From: an uncultured Gammaproteobacteria bacterium
Lineage (GTDB): Bacteria; Patescibacteriota; Microgenomatia; Levybacterales; GWA1-39-11
Reading direction: 5' to 3'
Assembly: GCA_964641355.1 (NCBI GenBank)
Contig: CAZXND010000001.1
Coordinates: 87,858 to 151,857 of the forward strand
DNA length: 64,000 nucleotides
Shown here: positions 50,709-60,623 of the stretch, in pieces
How positions within the stretch are numbered: the stretch's first letter is position 1
Layout: each line of letters starts with the position of its first letter
Translations under genes and position numbers: made by a program
Notes under the pieces: generated by a model
Databases searched by the model: none
Told to the model about the DNA's origin: nothing
The model's input: the letters and a program-made list of their open reading frames with translations, nothing else

Positions 50709-52934
50709 CTATCTTACGCGTCGATCTCTTCTTGGAGGAAAGTCTCTATTATTTCGGCTGGCGTTTCTTCCAGCAGGCCTTCTTACAAAATCTTCTCTTC
50801 TTCTTTCTCTATCTATTCTTTCGTCACGAACTCTCTGTGGTCTTTCTTGTCTTTCACCAAAAAGCATTGAAAGATTCACTCTTCCTTGATCATCAATTTC
50901 TTTTACTCTAACCTTTACTATTTGATCCAACTTTATTACATCATTGGGATTATTTACATAGTTTTCTGACATCTCCGAAACATGAACCATTCCTTCTTTT
51001 CCTGGAACTATCTCAACAAATGCTCCAAATGGAAGAATTCTCTTAACTTTTCCTTCAAAAACTTCTCCACGCTGCAACTCTCTTGTTAAAAGCTCAACCC
51101 ATGAAACCGCTTTTTCTACAGCCTCCTCATCAATTGAAGCAATTGTAACCGACCCATCCTCTTCCACATCTATTTGAGCGCCTGTTGAAGCAATAATATT
51201 TTTAATTACTTTGCCTCCACTTCCGATTACTTCTCCGATTTTTTCAGGATTAATTTTAATTACTTTTATTTTTGGAGCAAACTTTGATACACCAGTTCTT
51301 GACTCAGGAATAATTGAAAGCATTTTTTCAAGAATTGAAAGTCTTGCAACTTTAGCCTTTGCTAAGGTTTCTTCAATCTGCTCACGATTCAAACCAGAGT
51401 TTTTAACATCGAGTTGAATTGCGGTAACCCCGTTTTTTGTTCCTGCAACTTTAAAGTCCATATCTCCAGAAAAATCTTCCAAACCAATAATATCTGTCAT
51501 AATCACATATTTTTTATCATCCGACATCATTCCCATCGCAATTCCCGCAACTGGTGAGACTATGGGTACTCCAGCATCCATAAGTGCAAGAGTAGAACCA
51601 CAAGTAGAAGCCATCGACGTAGAACCATTTGATGACATGACTTCTGAAACAACCCTAACTGCATAGGGGAAACTTGACGCAAGTGGCATAACAGCTTCAA
51701 TCGCCTTTTCTGCAAGAGCTCCATGCCCAATCTCTCTTCTTGAAGGACTTCCCACTCTTCCAGTCTCACCTACTGAATACGGAGGCATAGAGTAGTGATG
51801 CATATATCTTTTTGCCTCTTCACCTTCAGGACTCTCGATTAACTGTTCATAAGAAGGCATGGCAAGTGTTGCCACTGTCAAAACCTGAGTATCTCCTCTT
51901 TGAAAGATTGCTGATCCGTGCGTTCTTGGTAAAATTCCAACCTTTACAGAAATAGGTCTAACCTCATCTGTTGGTCTTCCATCAGGTCTCTTCCCCTCGT
52001 TTAGAATTCTTTCTCTAACACTTTTTTTGAAAACGTAATCAACAGCATCCTTAATCTTTCTTTTGTCCTCGAAGTTTTCAGATTCAACCTTATAAACTTC
52101 TTCTCCCAATGCATCGATTTCACTACCTATTCCCTCACCAATTCCACCTTCCATCAGTTTTAGGATTTTATCTTTGTGTGATTTTTCAACTAGAACTATC
52201 GCTTCATCAAGTTTCTCGTCACGAGAAAGCTCAATCTTAGACTCCCCAACTTCTGCCACCATTTCATTAATAAAATCAACAATCTTTCCATTCCAAACCT
52301 TCGCCTCTTCAATTGCAGCAACAACTTCTTCTTCTGCAATTTGTTTACCTTCAGCTTCGATCATAATCGCCTTATCTTTTGTACCAGATACTACAACTTC
52401 TAAATCTGTGAATTCTTCTTCGTTCGTACCTGGATTTACTACAAATTCAATTTGTCCATTATCTCTAACAAGACCAATATTTATTCCACTAATAGGACCT
52501 TTCCAAGGAATTTTAGAAACAGCAAGAGCTGCTGAAGTAGCAATGATTCCAAGAACTCCTGGATCATTTTCTCCATCAACCGATAAAACAGTTACAACAA
52601 CTTGAACGTCTTTTTTTAGTTCTTTAGGAAAAAGAGGTCTTATAGATCTATCAATAAGCCTTGCTTTAAGAATTGCATCGTCAGATGGTCTTCCTTCACG
52701 TTTAACCCATTTGCTTCCCTTAATTCTTCCTCCTGCGTAAAGTCTTTCTACGTATTCAACGCTTAGAGGAAAATACCCAAGCTCAGTATCGTTACGACCC
52801 ATAACAACAGTTGACAAAACCATCGTATCCCCAAGCTTAGCAAGCACAGAAGAGGTTGCCTGTTGGGCTAATACTCCTGTTTCAAGTGTTAGATTGCTGT
52901 CTCCTATGAGGAGGGTTTTCGAGGAAATCTTCAT
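50709..52934 (-). CDS. pnp: Polyribonucleotide nucleotidyltransferase (PNPase) with an Arg/Glu-rich C-terminal tail
   Basis: 741 aa: two RNase PH domains, KH and S1 domains, then about 50 aa of tail (RQERPQRVRDERIDRERRREDFVRRP...RRDRRVR). Confidence 0.95.
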   Translation of the reverse strand: MKISSKTLLIGDSNLTLETGVLAQQATSSVLAKLGDTMVLSTVVMGRNDTELGYFPLSVEYVERLYAGGRIKGSKWVKREGRPSDDAILKARLIDRSIRPLFPKELKKDVQVVVTVLSVDGENDPGVLGIIATSAALAVSKIPWKGPISGINIGLVRDNGQIEFVVNPGTNEEEFTDLEVVVSGTKDKAIMIEAEGKQIAEEEVVAAIEEAKVWNGKIVDFINEMVAEVGESKIELSRDEKLDEAIVLVEKSHKDKILKLMEGGIGEGIGSEIDALGEEVYKVESENFEDKRKIKDAVDYVFKKSVRERILNEGKRPDGRPTDEVRPISVKVGILPRTHGSAIFQRGDTQVLTVATLAMPSYEQLIESPEGEEAKRYMHHYSMPPYSVGETGRVGSPSRREIGHGALAEKAIEAVMPLASSFPYAVRVVSEVMSSNGSTSMASTCGSTLALMDAGVPIVSPVAGIAMGMMSDDKKYVIMTDIIGLEDFSGDMDFKVAGTKNGVTAIQLDVKNSGLNREQIEETLAKAKVARLSILEKMLSIIPESRTGVSKFAPKIKVIKINPEKIGEVIGSGGKVIKNIIASTGAQIDVEEDGSVTIASIDEEAVEKAVSWVELLTRELQRGEVFEGKVKRILPFGAFVEIVPGKEGMVHVSEMSENYVNNPNDVIKLDQIVKVRVKEIDDQGRVNLSMLFGERQERPQRVRDERIDRERRREDFVRRPAGRNASRNNRDFPPRRDRRVR

Positions 52935-52958
52935 TAATTTTTTCTTTCTATGTATATT

Positions 52959-53225
52959 TTAAACGAGTCCGGCTTTTTTTCCAATAGATACGGCTCTTTC
53001 CTTATCTGTTTTAACTAAAAAATTGTAAAGTCTTCTTCTTTTAGAAAGCATGTTTAAAAGCCCACGTCTTGAATGTGAATCCTTCTGATGAATCTTGAGA
53101 TGATCAGTAAGTTTTTGAATCTTATGTGAAAGAAGTGCAATTTGAACTTCAGGACTTCCTGTGTCCCCATCCACTACTTTATTTTCTGAAATAATTTTCT
53201 TTTTTTCGTCAGCTGTTAATGGCAT
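52959..53225 (-). CDS. rpsO: 30S ribosomal protein S15
   Basis: Start placed at [12 protein letters not shown]; conserved [14 protein letters not shown]. Confidence 0.9.
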   Translation of the reverse strand: MPLTADEKKKIISENKVVDGDTGSPEVQIALLSHKIQKLTDHLKIHQKDSHSRRGLLNMLSKRRRLYNFLVKTDKERAVSIGKKAGLV

Positions 53226-53288
53226 ATTTTTAAAAAGACTTGTCAATTTTAGCAAATTTGAGGCAAAGATTCAATCCGAAGTTAATAT

Positions 53289-54227
53289 CTAAACATTTGG
53301 ATCATCTTGACCCTTGAAAACCTTTGGAACGAACCAATCGCTTGGAACATCTTCCTCATTAAAACCATTATTAAAATTCTGATTCTGAGTGATTGGCTTA
53401 GACTGTCTTACCTCTGTCTGATTCTGCACTTGAGCTTGAGGCTGTCTTCTTTGAAAAGAAGCACCTCCTTGCCCACGAACTTCATTTCGTACTTTTGATT
53501 GTCGTCTTGCACCATGTTTTAAAAGAAACGCTGCTGCTTCAAAAGCGTAAGGACTGGTTTTTTGAGAAGAAAAATCAGAAGTCGACCTTGATAATCCATC
53601 TAATAAATTTTGCGCTACATCAAGAGAAAATGGAAGCGATAATTCTGAGAGTATCTTGGATATAATTTCACTTGTTGAAGAAAAAGCAGAATCAACAAAT
53701 ACTAAATCTCCATAAAGCGAATTAGCAGGGTTATTGTCAATATTAACAATCTTAGCACCTGACAAATCAATTACTCCCGAAAGCTTATCTTGGCTTGAAA
53801 CACCTATTACAAAAACTAGACTGGGTGAAGAACCTTTCTTTATAAATTGAATCTCTTGATCGCTAAAATTAATACCATTCGTCTCAGCAAAAAGATTTAC
53901 ATTAAGACGATCTCCTTCTATATTATAGGAAACCTTCTCAATATCCCCATCTCTATATGGGACAGAAATAACAAGAGTTTTAGTACTCCCTTCAAACTCT
54001 CTTTTTATCTTATCTATACCAACCAAATTTGAAATTTCAACTATAGGTTCTTTTCTCGAAACTACTTGGACTGTTTTACCAAGATCTGAAAGAGACAGAA
54101 AAAGGCCTAATCCCGCAGCTGTTTTATCCAAATTTTGATCTCCACCAATAAATATCCCGATGCTTGGAGCTTGAGAGATTAAATCATTTAAAATATTTCT
54201 TGAACTTGCGAAGGAATTATCATTCAT
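53289..54227 (-). CDS. DHH/DHHA1-family (NrnA-like) protein with degenerate catalytic motifs and a Q/N-rich C-terminal tail
   Basis: 312 aa. It has an NrnA-like layout, but motif III reads VNIDNNP (DNN in place of DHH) and motif I reads GGDQNLD, with no GGGH in the DHHA1 part. It ends in QRRQPQAQVQNQTEVRQSKPITQNQNFNN. It sits between infB and rpsO. Confidence 0.45.
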   Translation of the reverse strand: MNDNSFASSRNILNDLISQAPSIGIFIGGDQNLDKTAAGLGLFLSLSDLGKTVQVVSRKEPIVEISNLVGIDKIKREFEGSTKTLVISVPYRDGDIEKVSYNIEGDRLNVNLFAETNGINFSDQEIQFIKKGSSPSLVFVIGVSSQDKLSGVIDLSGAKIVNIDNNPANSLYGDLVFVDSAFSSTSEIISKILSELSLPFSLDVAQNLLDGLSRSTSDFSSQKTSPYAFEAAAFLLKHGARRQSKVRNEVRGQGGASFQRRQPQAQVQNQTEVRQSKPITQNQNFNNGFNEEDVPSDWFVPKVFKGQDDPNV

Positions 54228-54233
54228 AGTATT

Positions 54234-55691
54234 TTAACTACAGGATAATATCACATCACCCACAGAAAAGTCAACAAACGGAGAGAGCTGCATACCACAC
54301 TCAACATCTTTTTCTACCTTTTTTACCTCTTCTTTTCCTCTTCTTAAGCTAAGTATTTTAGATTTACCTAATTCTAAATCTCCATGCATAACTTTTACCT
54401 TATCACCAACAACAACCCGACCATCAATAACTTTTATACCCAAAATTTTTTTATCCTTTTCTCCAAAAGAAGCCAATACTTCAGCTTTTCCCAATATTTG
54501 CTCTTCATCGCTTTTCAAAAACGCTTCAGTTGCCTCGCTTACCTCGTCTATTAATTCGTAAATGATTTTATAGATCCTGTAGAAAACTTTTTGGTTTTCC
54601 GCCAATATCTGTGCATCTTTTGAGATCTGTACATTAAAACCTACAACTATTGCTTTCAGATCTTTTGCCATTAAAACATCTGAGACACTCACATCTCCCT
54701 GTGAAACATATACCACTTTTACAGACTCAGGAAGAGAAGCCAAAACTGCTTCCTCTTCCCCTCTACTTTCAGTTTTAAGAACAATAGGAAGCTTTCCCCC
54801 TTCGTCTTCTCCAAAAATTTTTGCATAAGCGGAGATAGCTTCCGCTTTTACCTCAACTTTTGTTTCTACTTTCTTCTCAATCGAATGAAGATATACAAGT
54901 GATCCGGTAGTCAAAACCTCTGACAAACCTATTATTTCAATTGCGTCTCCAGGGAACGCCTCTTTTACACTAACTACGTGTGAATTGAAAAGAGCTCTTA
55001 CCTTTCCTGCTTCACCATTTTCACTGTATATTCTCTCTCCCACTTTAATTTTACCCTGTTTTACAATAAGGGAAGCTAAATTACCCCTCCTCTTATCAAG
55101 CTTAGATTCAATTACTATCCCTAGAAAATCCGCATTTTCTTCCTTAATTTTTCCGGAGAGATCATAACTTAAAATAATTAAGTCCAGAAGCTCATTTACA
55201 CCTACACCAGTTTTGGAAGAAACACCAATAAAAGGTGTATTACCTCCCAAACCTTCAAGGAGAATCCCTTCGTGCATTACCTGCTGCTTTACTTTTTCGA
55301 TGTTTGCAGATTCAAGATCAATTTTTGTAAATACTACAATAAAGGGAATTTTAGACTCAAGTATCTTTACTATTGATTCTTTAGTCTGAGGCATAACACC
55401 ATCATCTGAAGCTACAACTAGAAGTGCGATGTCACAAGCTGCAACTCCGTGCGATCTCATGTTCTGAAAAGCTTCGTGTCCCGGTGTGTCAATAAAAGTT
55501 ATCCTTCTATCTTCTCCTTCGTGTTTTACAACTATTTCTGAAGCACCGATTTTTTGAGTTATTCCTCCGTGCTCACGATCGGCCTGATTTGAAGATCTTA
55601 TCTTATCAAGAAGAGAAGTTTTACCATGGTCAACATGGCCTAAAACTGAAACGACAGGCGGAAAAGTTTTTTTTCTACTAGATTCGTCCAT
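54234..55691 (-). CDS. infB: Translation initiation factor IF-2, minimal form starting at the G domain
   Basis: 485 aa, starting [19 protein letters not shown]. No long N-terminal region. Confidence 0.9.
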   Translation of the reverse strand: MDESSRKKTFPPVVSVLGHVDHGKTSLLDKIRSSNQADREHGGITQKIGASEIVVKHEGEDRRITFIDTPGHEAFQNMRSHGVAACDIALLVVASDDGVMPQTKESIVKILESKIPFIVVFTKIDLESANIEKVKQQVMHEGILLEGLGGNTPFIGVSSKTGVGVNELLDLIILSYDLSGKIKEENADFLGIVIESKLDKRRGNLASLIVKQGKIKVGERIYSENGEAGKVRALFNSHVVSVKEAFPGDAIEIIGLSEVLTTGSLVYLHSIEKKVETKVEVKAEAISAYAKIFGEDEGGKLPIVLKTESRGEEEAVLASLPESVKVVYVSQGDVSVSDVLMAKDLKAIVVGFNVQISKDAQILAENQKVFYRIYKIIYELIDEVSEATEAFLKSDEEQILGKAEVLASFGEKDKKILGIKVIDGRVVVGDKVKVMHGDLELGKSKILSLRRGKEEVKKVEKDVECGMQLSPFVDFSVGDVILSCS

Positions 55692-55721
55692 AAATTGTAG
55701 ATAATGAGACTCAAATTCATA

Positions 55722-56717
55722 TTATTCAGCGCTTACTTCTTTAGCGTTTTCAGATTCTGTCTCATCAATTCCCTCTACTTCAATATTATATCCTGTTAAC
55801 TTTGAAGCCAAACGAACATTTTGTCCTTCTTTGCCGATTATTAAAGGGAGCTCCTCTTTTGGAGCGCTAACTACTGCTGCATTTTCTTTTTCGTTTACTG
55901 TAACCGTGATATTTTTTGCCGGTGATAATGAATTAGTTATAAATTTCACAGGATCACTATTCCATTGAATTACATCAATTTTTTCAAGACCATCTAGAGC
56001 ATCTATTACCGCCTGGATTCTTACTCCTTTTTGCCCAACGCAAGATCCTACTGGATCAATTCCCGATTGTTCAGAAAAAACAGCCACTTTTGCTCTACTT
56101 CCAGGTTCCCTAACTGTCTTTTTTATTACGACGCTTCCTGAGGCAACTTCTGGGACTTCTCTCTTAAGCAATCCTTCAATAAGTCCTGAATGGCTTCTTG
56201 AAACAAAAACTTCTCTTCCCTTTTTATCTTCAGCTATTTCAACAATATAAACAGGCATCTTTTTATTTAGAAAGTATTGTTCATTTTGAATTTTATTAGG
56301 AGGAGTCATAATTGCTTCCGATTTACCTATATCTACAATAATATTTGGGCCAGCAAATCTTAAAATCATTCCGTTTACCACTGTTCCAACCCTCTTTGAA
56401 TATTCTTCAAGAATAGCGTCTTTTTCTTTTTCACGAATTTTTTGAAGTAATACCTGCTTTGCAGTTTGGGCCGCAATTCTTCCAAATCCTGGAGGAGTAA
56501 TATCTTTTCCCTTATAAAGAATTTTAGTTTCTCCACTTGAAGAATTAAGATCAACTGAGTAATCTTCCTCATTCTCTTCTACTTCTGGATGGTCTTTTTT
56601 GTAAGCCGCTAAGATCGCGCTTTGAATTGTCTCAAGAACGGTTGATGGATCAACTCCTCGTTCAGAGGCTATTTGATTTAGCGCTAAAGTAAACTCGCTT
56701 CTTTGAACAACTGCCAT
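55722..56717 (-). CDS. nusA: Transcription termination/antitermination factor NusA
   Basis: N-terminal domain, S1 domain and two KH domains. I placed the start at an internal Met; the longer ORF adds a hydrophobic 17 aa that is probably not real. Confidence 0.8.
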   Translation of the reverse strand: MAVVQRSEFTLALNQIASERGVDPSTVLETIQSAILAAYKKDHPEVEENEEDYSVDLNSSSGETKILYKGKDITPPGFGRIAAQTAKQVLLQKIREKEKDAILEEYSKRVGTVVNGMILRFAGPNIIVDIGKSEAIMTPPNKIQNEQYFLNKKMPVYIVEIAEDKKGREVFVSRSHSGLIEGLLKREVPEVASGSVVIKKTVREPGSRAKVAVFSEQSGIDPVGSCVGQKGVRIQAVIDALDGLEKIDVIQWNSDPVKFITNSLSPAKNITVTVNEKENAAVVSAPKEELPLIIGKEGQNVRLASKLTGYNIEVEGIDETESENAKEVSAE

Positions 56718-56809
56718 AATACTTAATGTGGTGGGTAATCCCACCACGAATTGTCCTAATTTTAACAAATGCGTGAGCGTGAGTCAACGTTAAGTAGTAA
56801 AATATATTC

Positions 56810-58519
56810 GTGAAAACTTTTGCACTCAAACTAATATTTACCGTAATAATTATTTTTTTTATTTCAAAACCCGCATTAGCGGATTCACCCTGGGTTATTA
56901 ATAATTTCAACAGTAATATTAATATCGAAAAATCAGGAAAAATTATTATTGAAGAAAAAATAAATCTTAATTTTAAAACTTTAGAAAAACATGGAATTTA
57001 CAGAGATATTCCCATCGTATATAACCAAAACGGGAAAAAAATATATACAAAATTACAAGTTTTGAAAATTGAAAAAAATGATGTACCTGAAAAATATTCG
57101 GTTTCAAACAATGGAAATAATTTAAGAATAAGAATTGGAGATCCCAATAAAACTGTGCACGGGTTTCAAGAATACTCAATTATTTATTCTGTAATTGGAG
57201 TTATCTCATCCCATAAAGACTTTGATGAATTTTATTGGAATGTTACAGGAAATAACTGGGAAGCAGATATTTTACATACTGAGGCGAAAATCACACTACC
57301 CGAGAATCTCATTATCCAAACATCTTGTTATGAAGGCGTCTTTAGATCTATAGAAAAATGCGATGCTAAAAACACAAAGAAAGATGCCGCTTTCAGCTCT
57401 AAAAGGACTTTAATATCAGGGGAAGGATTTACCATTGCAGTAGGATTCAAAAAAGGAATAATTAAAATCTTATCAGGAAAGACTTTTTACAACACGCTGC
57501 AAGAATTATCTTTCTTCTATTACATTCTCTTTTTTCTAACTCCTATTGCTCTTTCTCTTTTTATTTTAGTTAAAAAATGGCGTGAAAGTGGACGAGATTC
57601 AAGATTAAATACAGATAATGTAATTGTAGTTGAATACGAATCACCAAATAAACTCCGCCCTGCTGAAATAGGAGTGCTTATTGATGAAAAAGCTGACACA
57701 AAAGACGTGACATCAACTATTATCGACCTTGCAGAACGTGGTTTCTTGACAATAAGGGAAATAAAAAAAAGTTGGATGTTTGGAAAAAACGACTATGAAC
57801 TTACTAAAAAAACAAAGGATAAAAAAAATCTTCTGACATATGAGCGACTTCTTTTAGATAAACTTTTTGAGAGTAGAAGCACTTTAAAAACCTCTAATTT
57901 AAAATACAAATTCTATAAGGAAATGGCAAAGATCAAAGATTCCCTTTATGAGGAGCTCGTAAACAAAAACCTATTCCCAAAAAATCCGGAAAAAGTAAGA
58001 ACATTTTACTTAGTTATTGCCATAATAACCATTATCATCTCTATCCTTATTTTCTTTACATCCATATCTACTCAAATTTTTGCACTTATTGCCCTTTCCT
58101 CTGGTATTTTAGTAAGTGGTCTAATAACTCTAATATTCTCAAAAATTATGCCAAGAAGAACTGTATTGGGTTACGAATTATATAGGAAAGCTTTAGGATA
58201 TAAACTATTCTTAGATCGTGCAGAGAGTTACAAACAAAGATTCTTTGAAAGTAAAAATTTAATAAATGAGGTTCTTCCTTATACTATCGCGTTTGGGATG
58301 ACTAAAAAGTTTTCAGAAGCAATGAAAGAAATAGGACTTGAGAAGGAAATGGGAAAAGGATTTTATCACGGTGCAACTTTCAATTCTATTTCTTCCAGTT
58401 TGGACGCCTTATCCTCATCTTTATCATCTGCAATCTCTTCTGCTCCCACATCTAGTGGGTCAGGTGGAGGAGGGTCTTCAGGAGGAGGTTTTGGGGGTGG
58501 TGGTGGAGGCAGCTGGTAA
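56810..58519 (+). CDS. DUF2207-family membrane protein with a Gly-rich C-terminal tail
   Basis: 569 aa: signal peptide, a ~230-aa extracytoplasmic domain, TM segments flanking a cytoplasmic region, and a C-terminus ending SGSGGGGSSGGGFGGGGGGSW, typical of DUF2207 proteins. GTG start. Confidence 0.55.
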   Translation: MKTFALKLIFTVIIIFFISKPALADSPWVINNFNSNINIEKSGKIIIEEKINLNFKTLEKHGIYRDIPIVYNQNGKKIYTKLQVLKIEKNDVPEKYSVSNNGNNLRIRIGDPNKTVHGFQEYSIIYSVIGVISSHKDFDEFYWNVTGNNWEADILHTEAKITLPENLIIQTSCYEGVFRSIEKCDAKNTKKDAAFSSKRTLISGEGFTIAVGFKKGIIKILSGKTFYNTLQELSFFYYILFFLTPIALSLFILVKKWRESGRDSRLNTDNVIVVEYESPNKLRPAEIGVLIDEKADTKDVTSTIIDLAERGFLTIREIKKSWMFGKNDYELTKKTKDKKNLLTYERLLLDKLFESRSTLKTSNLKYKFYKEMAKIKDSLYEELVNKNLFPKNPEKVRTFYLVIAIITIIISILIFFTSISTQIFALIALSSGILVSGLITLIFSKIMPRRTVLGYELYRKALGYKLFLDRAESYKQRFFESKNLINEVLPYTIAFGMTKKFSEAMKEIGLEKEMGKGFYHGATFNSISSSLDALSSSLSSAISSAPTSSGSGGGGSSGGGFGGGGGGSW

Positions 58520-58534
58520 TGATATAATAAAATT

Positions 58535-58759
58535 ATGAAGTATTGGTTTCAGTCAAAATGGTATGGTTGGTATCCATCTTCCTGGCAGGGTTGGATCGTC
58601 ACTCTAGCCTATTGCATAGTTACAGTATATCTACTTTTAAACTCTAACGATCCAAAGTCTACAATAAATACCATTCTTTCATTTGTACCTAAATTCTTAG
58701 TGTTAAATATCGTTTTTATGACTATTTACTTCTTCACTGGACCTCGACCTAAAAAATGA
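58535..58759 (+). CDS. Small hypothetical membrane protein (74 aa, Trp-rich N-terminus)
   Basis: ORF with two predicted TM helices, directly after the DUF2207 gene. Confidence 0.35.
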   Translation: MKYWFQSKWYGWYPSSWQGWIVTLAYCIVTVYLLLNSNDPKSTINTILSFVPKFLVLNIVFMTIYFFTGPRPKK

Positions 58760-58818
58760 TATATTTCGTACCACTTGTGCATCCTGATTAAACAGGTTAA
58801 AATTTTTAAATTATTTTT

Positions 58819-58995
58819 ATGAAACCCGAGAAAAACGGTCATTACAGCGAACAAAAAGGACACCAATTAAGAGGAGCTTGGAATAGGGCTGCAAAACAAG
58901 CCCCAGGAATTGCTCGAGGACAACTAATAATTGATCAAGTTAGATTTCTTGAATCTCGTCGAAGGATGCGCAGAGTAAGTAGAGACGGAAAATAA
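58819..58995 (+). CDS. Possible small basic protein (58 aa)
   Basis: Manual translation gives MKPEKNGHYSEQKGHQLRGAWNRAAKQAPGIARGQLIIDQVRFLESRRRMRRVSRDGK. It is below the ORF-track length cutoff and there is no homology call. Confidence 0.2.
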   Translation: MKPEKNGHYSEQKGHQLRGAWNRAAKQAPGIARGQLIIDQVRFLESRRRMRRVSRDGK

Positions 58996-59003
58996 CATAT
59001 CAC

Positions 59004-59342
59004 CTAACCTCTTGATAAACCGTGAAGAAATGAACCAACTAGAGATACCACTAAGCTAAATAAAAGAGCCCACCAAAAATTCTCAACAAAAAAACCAGGT
59101 ACGATAATTGAAGTTAACATAACAAGTAATGCATTGATCACAAAAATAAAAAAACCTAAAGTTAAGATATTTATTGGAAGAGTTAGAATAATTAGAATTG
59201 GCTTAATAAAAGTATTTATGGCACCAAGAACTATTGCAATAATTACAATTGTTATCCAATTTTCCACCTTAATGCCAGGAAGAATCTTCGCAGCAACAAA
59301 TACAGCAATACTCGAAAGTAGAAGATTAAGAAGAATATGCAT
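59004..59342 (-). CDS. DUF360 / phage-holin-4-like 4-TM membrane protein
   Basis: 112 aa, entirely hydrophobic with a pattern like Phage_holin_4_2 (ILPG..V..F..A). Confidence 0.45.
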   Translation of the reverse strand: MHILLNLLLSSIAVFVAAKILPGIKVENWITIVIIAIVLGAINTFIKPILIILTLPINILTLGFFIFVINALLVMLTSIIVPGFFVENFWWALLFSLVVSLVGSFLHGLSRG

Positions 59343-59343
59343 T

Positions 59344-59823
59344 CTATTGCGCTTTTAAATCACCGCATGCAACGTAATTCTTTGATTCCTGAACCGACTT
59401 ATGTATGTTAAAAGCGAGCGGTAATTCTTCCAAAATTTGCTCCAGAGTTACATTTAAAGTCGTTTCGGATCTACCATTAAGAACTGGAGATAACGGGTAC
59501 TTAACTACTCCAGGAGCAGGACATTTACCAACATGGATGTGAGCTGGCTGCTCGACTCCAGTAGGAGACCCATTAACTTCCAAAATTATTATAACTTTTC
59601 CGTCTTGATCAGAAATAGTTGCAGTTCCAGACTCAGCAGAAGAATTTTGCTCTAAAAGATTTATAGTAACCTTTGATATTCCTGCCGATTGAGAAGATTT
59701 CTTAGTACTGACCTGCGTTGGCGTTATCTTGCTATCACCATAGTTCTGCAATCCCCCTTTTAACAAAAGAAAACCGCATATTACCATGATAAGTAAAATT
59801 ATCGCTATTACAACGTTTCTCAC
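59344..59823 (-). CDS. Secreted/anchored protein with a CHRD-like motif, tentative
   Basis: 159 aa; N-terminal TM/signal; PAHIHVGKCPAPGVV resembles the CHRD HIH.G..G segment. Confidence 0.25.
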   Translation of the reverse strand: MRNVVIAIILLIMVICGFLLLKGGLQNYGDSKITPTQVSTKKSSQSAGISKVTINLLEQNSSAESGTATISDQDGKVIIILEVNGSPTGVEQPAHIHVGKCPAPGVVKYPLSPVLNGRSETTLNVTLEQILEELPLAFNIHKSVQESKNYVACGDLKAQ

Positions 59824-59829
59824 ATCATA

Positions 59830-59868
59830 TTTATATGACTTAACGTTTTTTTTGTCAAGTTTTATAAT
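59830..59868. promoter_or_regulatory. Divergent promoter pair between the CHRD-like gene (minus) and the SGNH gene (plus)
   Basis: Minus strand: TTGACA, 17-nt spacer, TATAAA (59858..59830). Plus strand: TTAACG, 17-nt spacer, TATAAT (59840..59868). Confidence 0.4.
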
Positions 59869-59885
59869 CTGTTAAAATAACTTAA

Positions 59886-60623
59886 GTGAGTTTTTGGAGA
59901 AAATTTGTGATCCCATTCTTTTTAATAATAATCATAGTAATTTCTATAAATATTTTTATCTTATTTTTGAGAATAAATATTGGAAGACAAATAGCAAAAG
60001 AATCCATTCCATTTCAACATCTAGATAGAAATGCAAAATACAAAGCTCTATTTGCTGGAGATAGCACTGCAGTTGGAACTGGAGCAAAGTCACCAAACGA
60101 CTCTATCGCGGGAAGGTTCTACAAAGATAATCCGAGTTTTGAGGTAATTAATATCGGTAAAAATGGCTTAAAAACATCTGAGCTTATTCCACTATTAAAA
60201 CAACAAAAAGAAAAATTTGATTTAGTTATTATACAGATTGGGGGCAACGACATACTAGGACTCGCTGATATCAACGACTTATCAAAGGAAATCAATACAG
60301 TACTTAAACTTTCCAAATCCTTGTCAAATAAAGTCGTTCTTATTACCGCAGGCAATGTAGGACTTGCGCCTTTTTTTCCAAAACCTTTTAATTTTCTGTA
60401 TACACAAAAAACTAAAGAAGTAAGAAACGTTTTTATTCAAGCTGCTAAAAAAGAACAAGTCTACTATATTGATTTATATAAAAATAAGGAAGATGATATA
60501 TTTTCAAAAAATCCATCCAAATTTTATGCAAAGGACATGCTACATCCAAATTCCGAAGGATATAGGATTTGGTATATGCAGCTTAAAAAAACGATAGATA
60601 AAATGAGATTAGTGGGTGATTAA
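59886..60623 (+). CDS. SGNH/GDSL hydrolase
   Basis: 245 aa; N-terminal TM; block I FAGDSTAVG, block III GGND, block V DMLHPN. Confidence 0.7.
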   Translation: MSFWRKFVIPFFLIIIIVISINIFILFLRINIGRQIAKESIPFQHLDRNAKYKALFAGDSTAVGTGAKSPNDSIAGRFYKDNPSFEVINIGKNGLKTSELIPLLKQQKEKFDLVIIQIGGNDILGLADINDLSKEINTVLKLSKSLSNKVVLITAGNVGLAPFFPKPFNFLYTQKTKEVRNVFIQAAKKEQVYYIDLYKNKEDDIFSKNPSKFYAKDMLHPNSEGYRIWYMQLKKTIDKMRLVGD

